From positions 265,341 to 304,062 of the forward strand of contig KE561047.1 of NCBI GenBank assembly GCA_000442015.1: 38,722 bases of DNA, written 5' to 3'. Numbering within the stretch: position 1 is the stretch's first letter; each line of letters starts with the position of its first letter. The notes beneath the pieces were generated by a model. That model saw only the letters and a program-made list of their open reading frames with translations, had not been told where the DNA came from and did not search any database. The DNA is from Rozella allomycis CSF55 (Eukaryota). Of this stretch, positions 37,118 through 38,722 are shown piece by piece. A program made the translations under genes and the position numbers.

Positions 37118-38592
37118 ATGAGCATAACCAAACTAAAGAGAGAAGAAATTTTTGAACTAATTATAAGGTATTTATTTGAAGTAGACAACAAAGTCAAATT
37201 CAATATTTTGGTATGAATGCACTGGCTGCTTCAGTGGCCTCTGCCTGCCAGATTCCATTGAGCACAGTGGAAACATCAAATAAGCTACATGACTATATTT
37301 TATTGGGAATGAGATCTGAGGCTTCTGGCGGTAATAAGATTTGGCTATGTGAAATTAGCGACCGATAATAATACTACTGTCGTCGTGGAATCGAAAAATG
37401 ATGATTCACAAAGTGACGCAGATGAAGAAGACTTAATTCCGGGTTATAAAATGCGCCTAGAATTTCAAAATGATGTGAAGTATGAAACAAAACATGCACC
37501 AAATTACAATACTTGGTATATCACTACGCATAAAGAAGCAGCTCGATGTGCTGCATTTAGTCCTGATGGTATTAGGCATTCATTATTACTTATCAAAGGC
37601 CGATTTATCGCTACTGGGTCCGAAGATACCTCATTGAAGATTTTGGACGTCACTAAAATGAATTTGAGAAGTGACGCTGAAGATAAACCAGTTATTAGGA
37701 CCCTTTACGATCACCTTCAAGTAATGTTTTTACAACTTTGATATAGCCCGTTACCGAAGTAGCATTTCATCCTAACAATTTGATGCTCGCATCCTGCGCA
37801 TTGGACAACAATATAAAGCTGTACGACTTAACTAAAGTGGGTGTTAAAAAAGCTTTCAGATACCTATTGGATTCTCATCCATTTCGTTCTATTTCCTTTC
37901 ATCCATCCGGTGACTTTCTTTTGGCGGGGACAGAGGACGATAGAGTGAGAATGTATGATATTAAAACTATTACTTCATTTGTTCCATTGGATTCCTCTAG
38001 AAACCATAAAGGACCCATTACTTCAGTAAACATTGATTTGAATGAATATAAAGGTTAGGTTTGGGCCAAATGGTCGACTCTTTGTTACCTCAGGAGAAGA
38101 TGGCTCCATTAGAATTTGGGATGGCGTCAACATGAGATGTGAAAGAGTTATCGAGGGTGCTCATAATGGACACGAAGTAAATTTATTTTTTTTCCGGTTT
38201 TCAAAGGTTTGTTCCGTGAGAATTTCAAAGAATGGAAAGTATTTGCTTTCTAGTGGAAAAGACTCTGAGCCCAAGCTTTGGGATTTGGGGTCCGGAAAAG
38301 TTATTCAAAAATATATCGGAGCAACTCAAAATGTAACATTTTTCAATATCTTTTAAAGAATTTCCCTATTCAAGTGGCGTTTGACTATGCGGAGGATTTT
38401 GTTCTAGGAGGAGATGAACCCTCCAGCTCAATTTTCGTTTGGGATACCAAAACTGGGGAAGTTGTAAAAAAGCTATCAGGGCACAATAGCGTCGCATCGT
38501 ATATTGCTTCTTCCCCGGTTGAGGGTTGCTTTATCTCATGCAGTGAAGATCATCGTGCAAGATATTGGAAAATTGGTGATCTTGAAGCGTAG
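37118..38592 (+). CDS. CSTF1: Cleavage stimulation factor 50-kDa subunit (WD40)
   Basis: N-terminal REEIFELIISQ dimerisation motif, YITTHKEAARCAAFSPDG, PVIRTLYDH, SISFHPSGDFLLAGT, FISCSEDHRARYW. Introns 37168-93, 37331-58, 37569-98, 37721-46, 38026-53, 38177-206, 38333-58. An alternative in-frame ATG lies at 37088. Confidence 0.88.
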
Positions 38593-38722
38593 TAATAACA
38601 ATAAAATATTTCTATTTATCTTTATTAAACTGCATAATAGGTATTGTGTCTTTGATGCTTGGAATCTATATCCTGCGCCGTTATGATGCTGCTTCAAAGT
38701 CATGGTATAAGTTGTTACAACC

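Noticed and set aside
38593-38722. Possible 3' end of a minus-strand gene at the window edge
   Set aside because: Too short to fix a frame or product.

Overview
AT-rich, extremely gene-dense eukaryotic DNA. It carries about 21 protein-coding genes split by about 80 ultrashort spliceosomal introns, which I read by hand as 26-33 nt each. An axonemal inner-arm dynein heavy chain (DNAH10 type) sits alongside fungal-type genes (trehalose synthase/phosphorylase, Dlt1-like, Hsp78). This points to a flagellated, early-diverging fungus or close relative; a Rozella-like organism is an inference, not established. Genes in order: UPF1, HSP78, FAM126/hyccin-like, hypothetical, DJ-1, PPR-like, LSM3, CHMP7, At4g15545/NAIP-like, DLT1-like, MVD1, DNAH10, SSL1, a small ORF, trehalose synthase, SNAPC3, RRP3, a stand-alone MDH1B N-terminal-domain protein, a TM protein and CSTF1. 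There is also a 5'-truncated LINE with poly(A) and an 8-bp TSD. The most striking signal is in splicing. The 3' splice site appears to be the first AG ending at least 26 nt from the donor. The only three introns longer than 33 nt (57, 57 and 86 nt, consecutive in the dynein gene) are exact head-to-tail stacks of 28-29 nt GT-AG introns joined at AG|GT with zero-length exons, i.e. candidate tandem/recursive mini-introns. All exon-intron structures were inferred by eye from reading frame and protein-family similarity, without RNA data.
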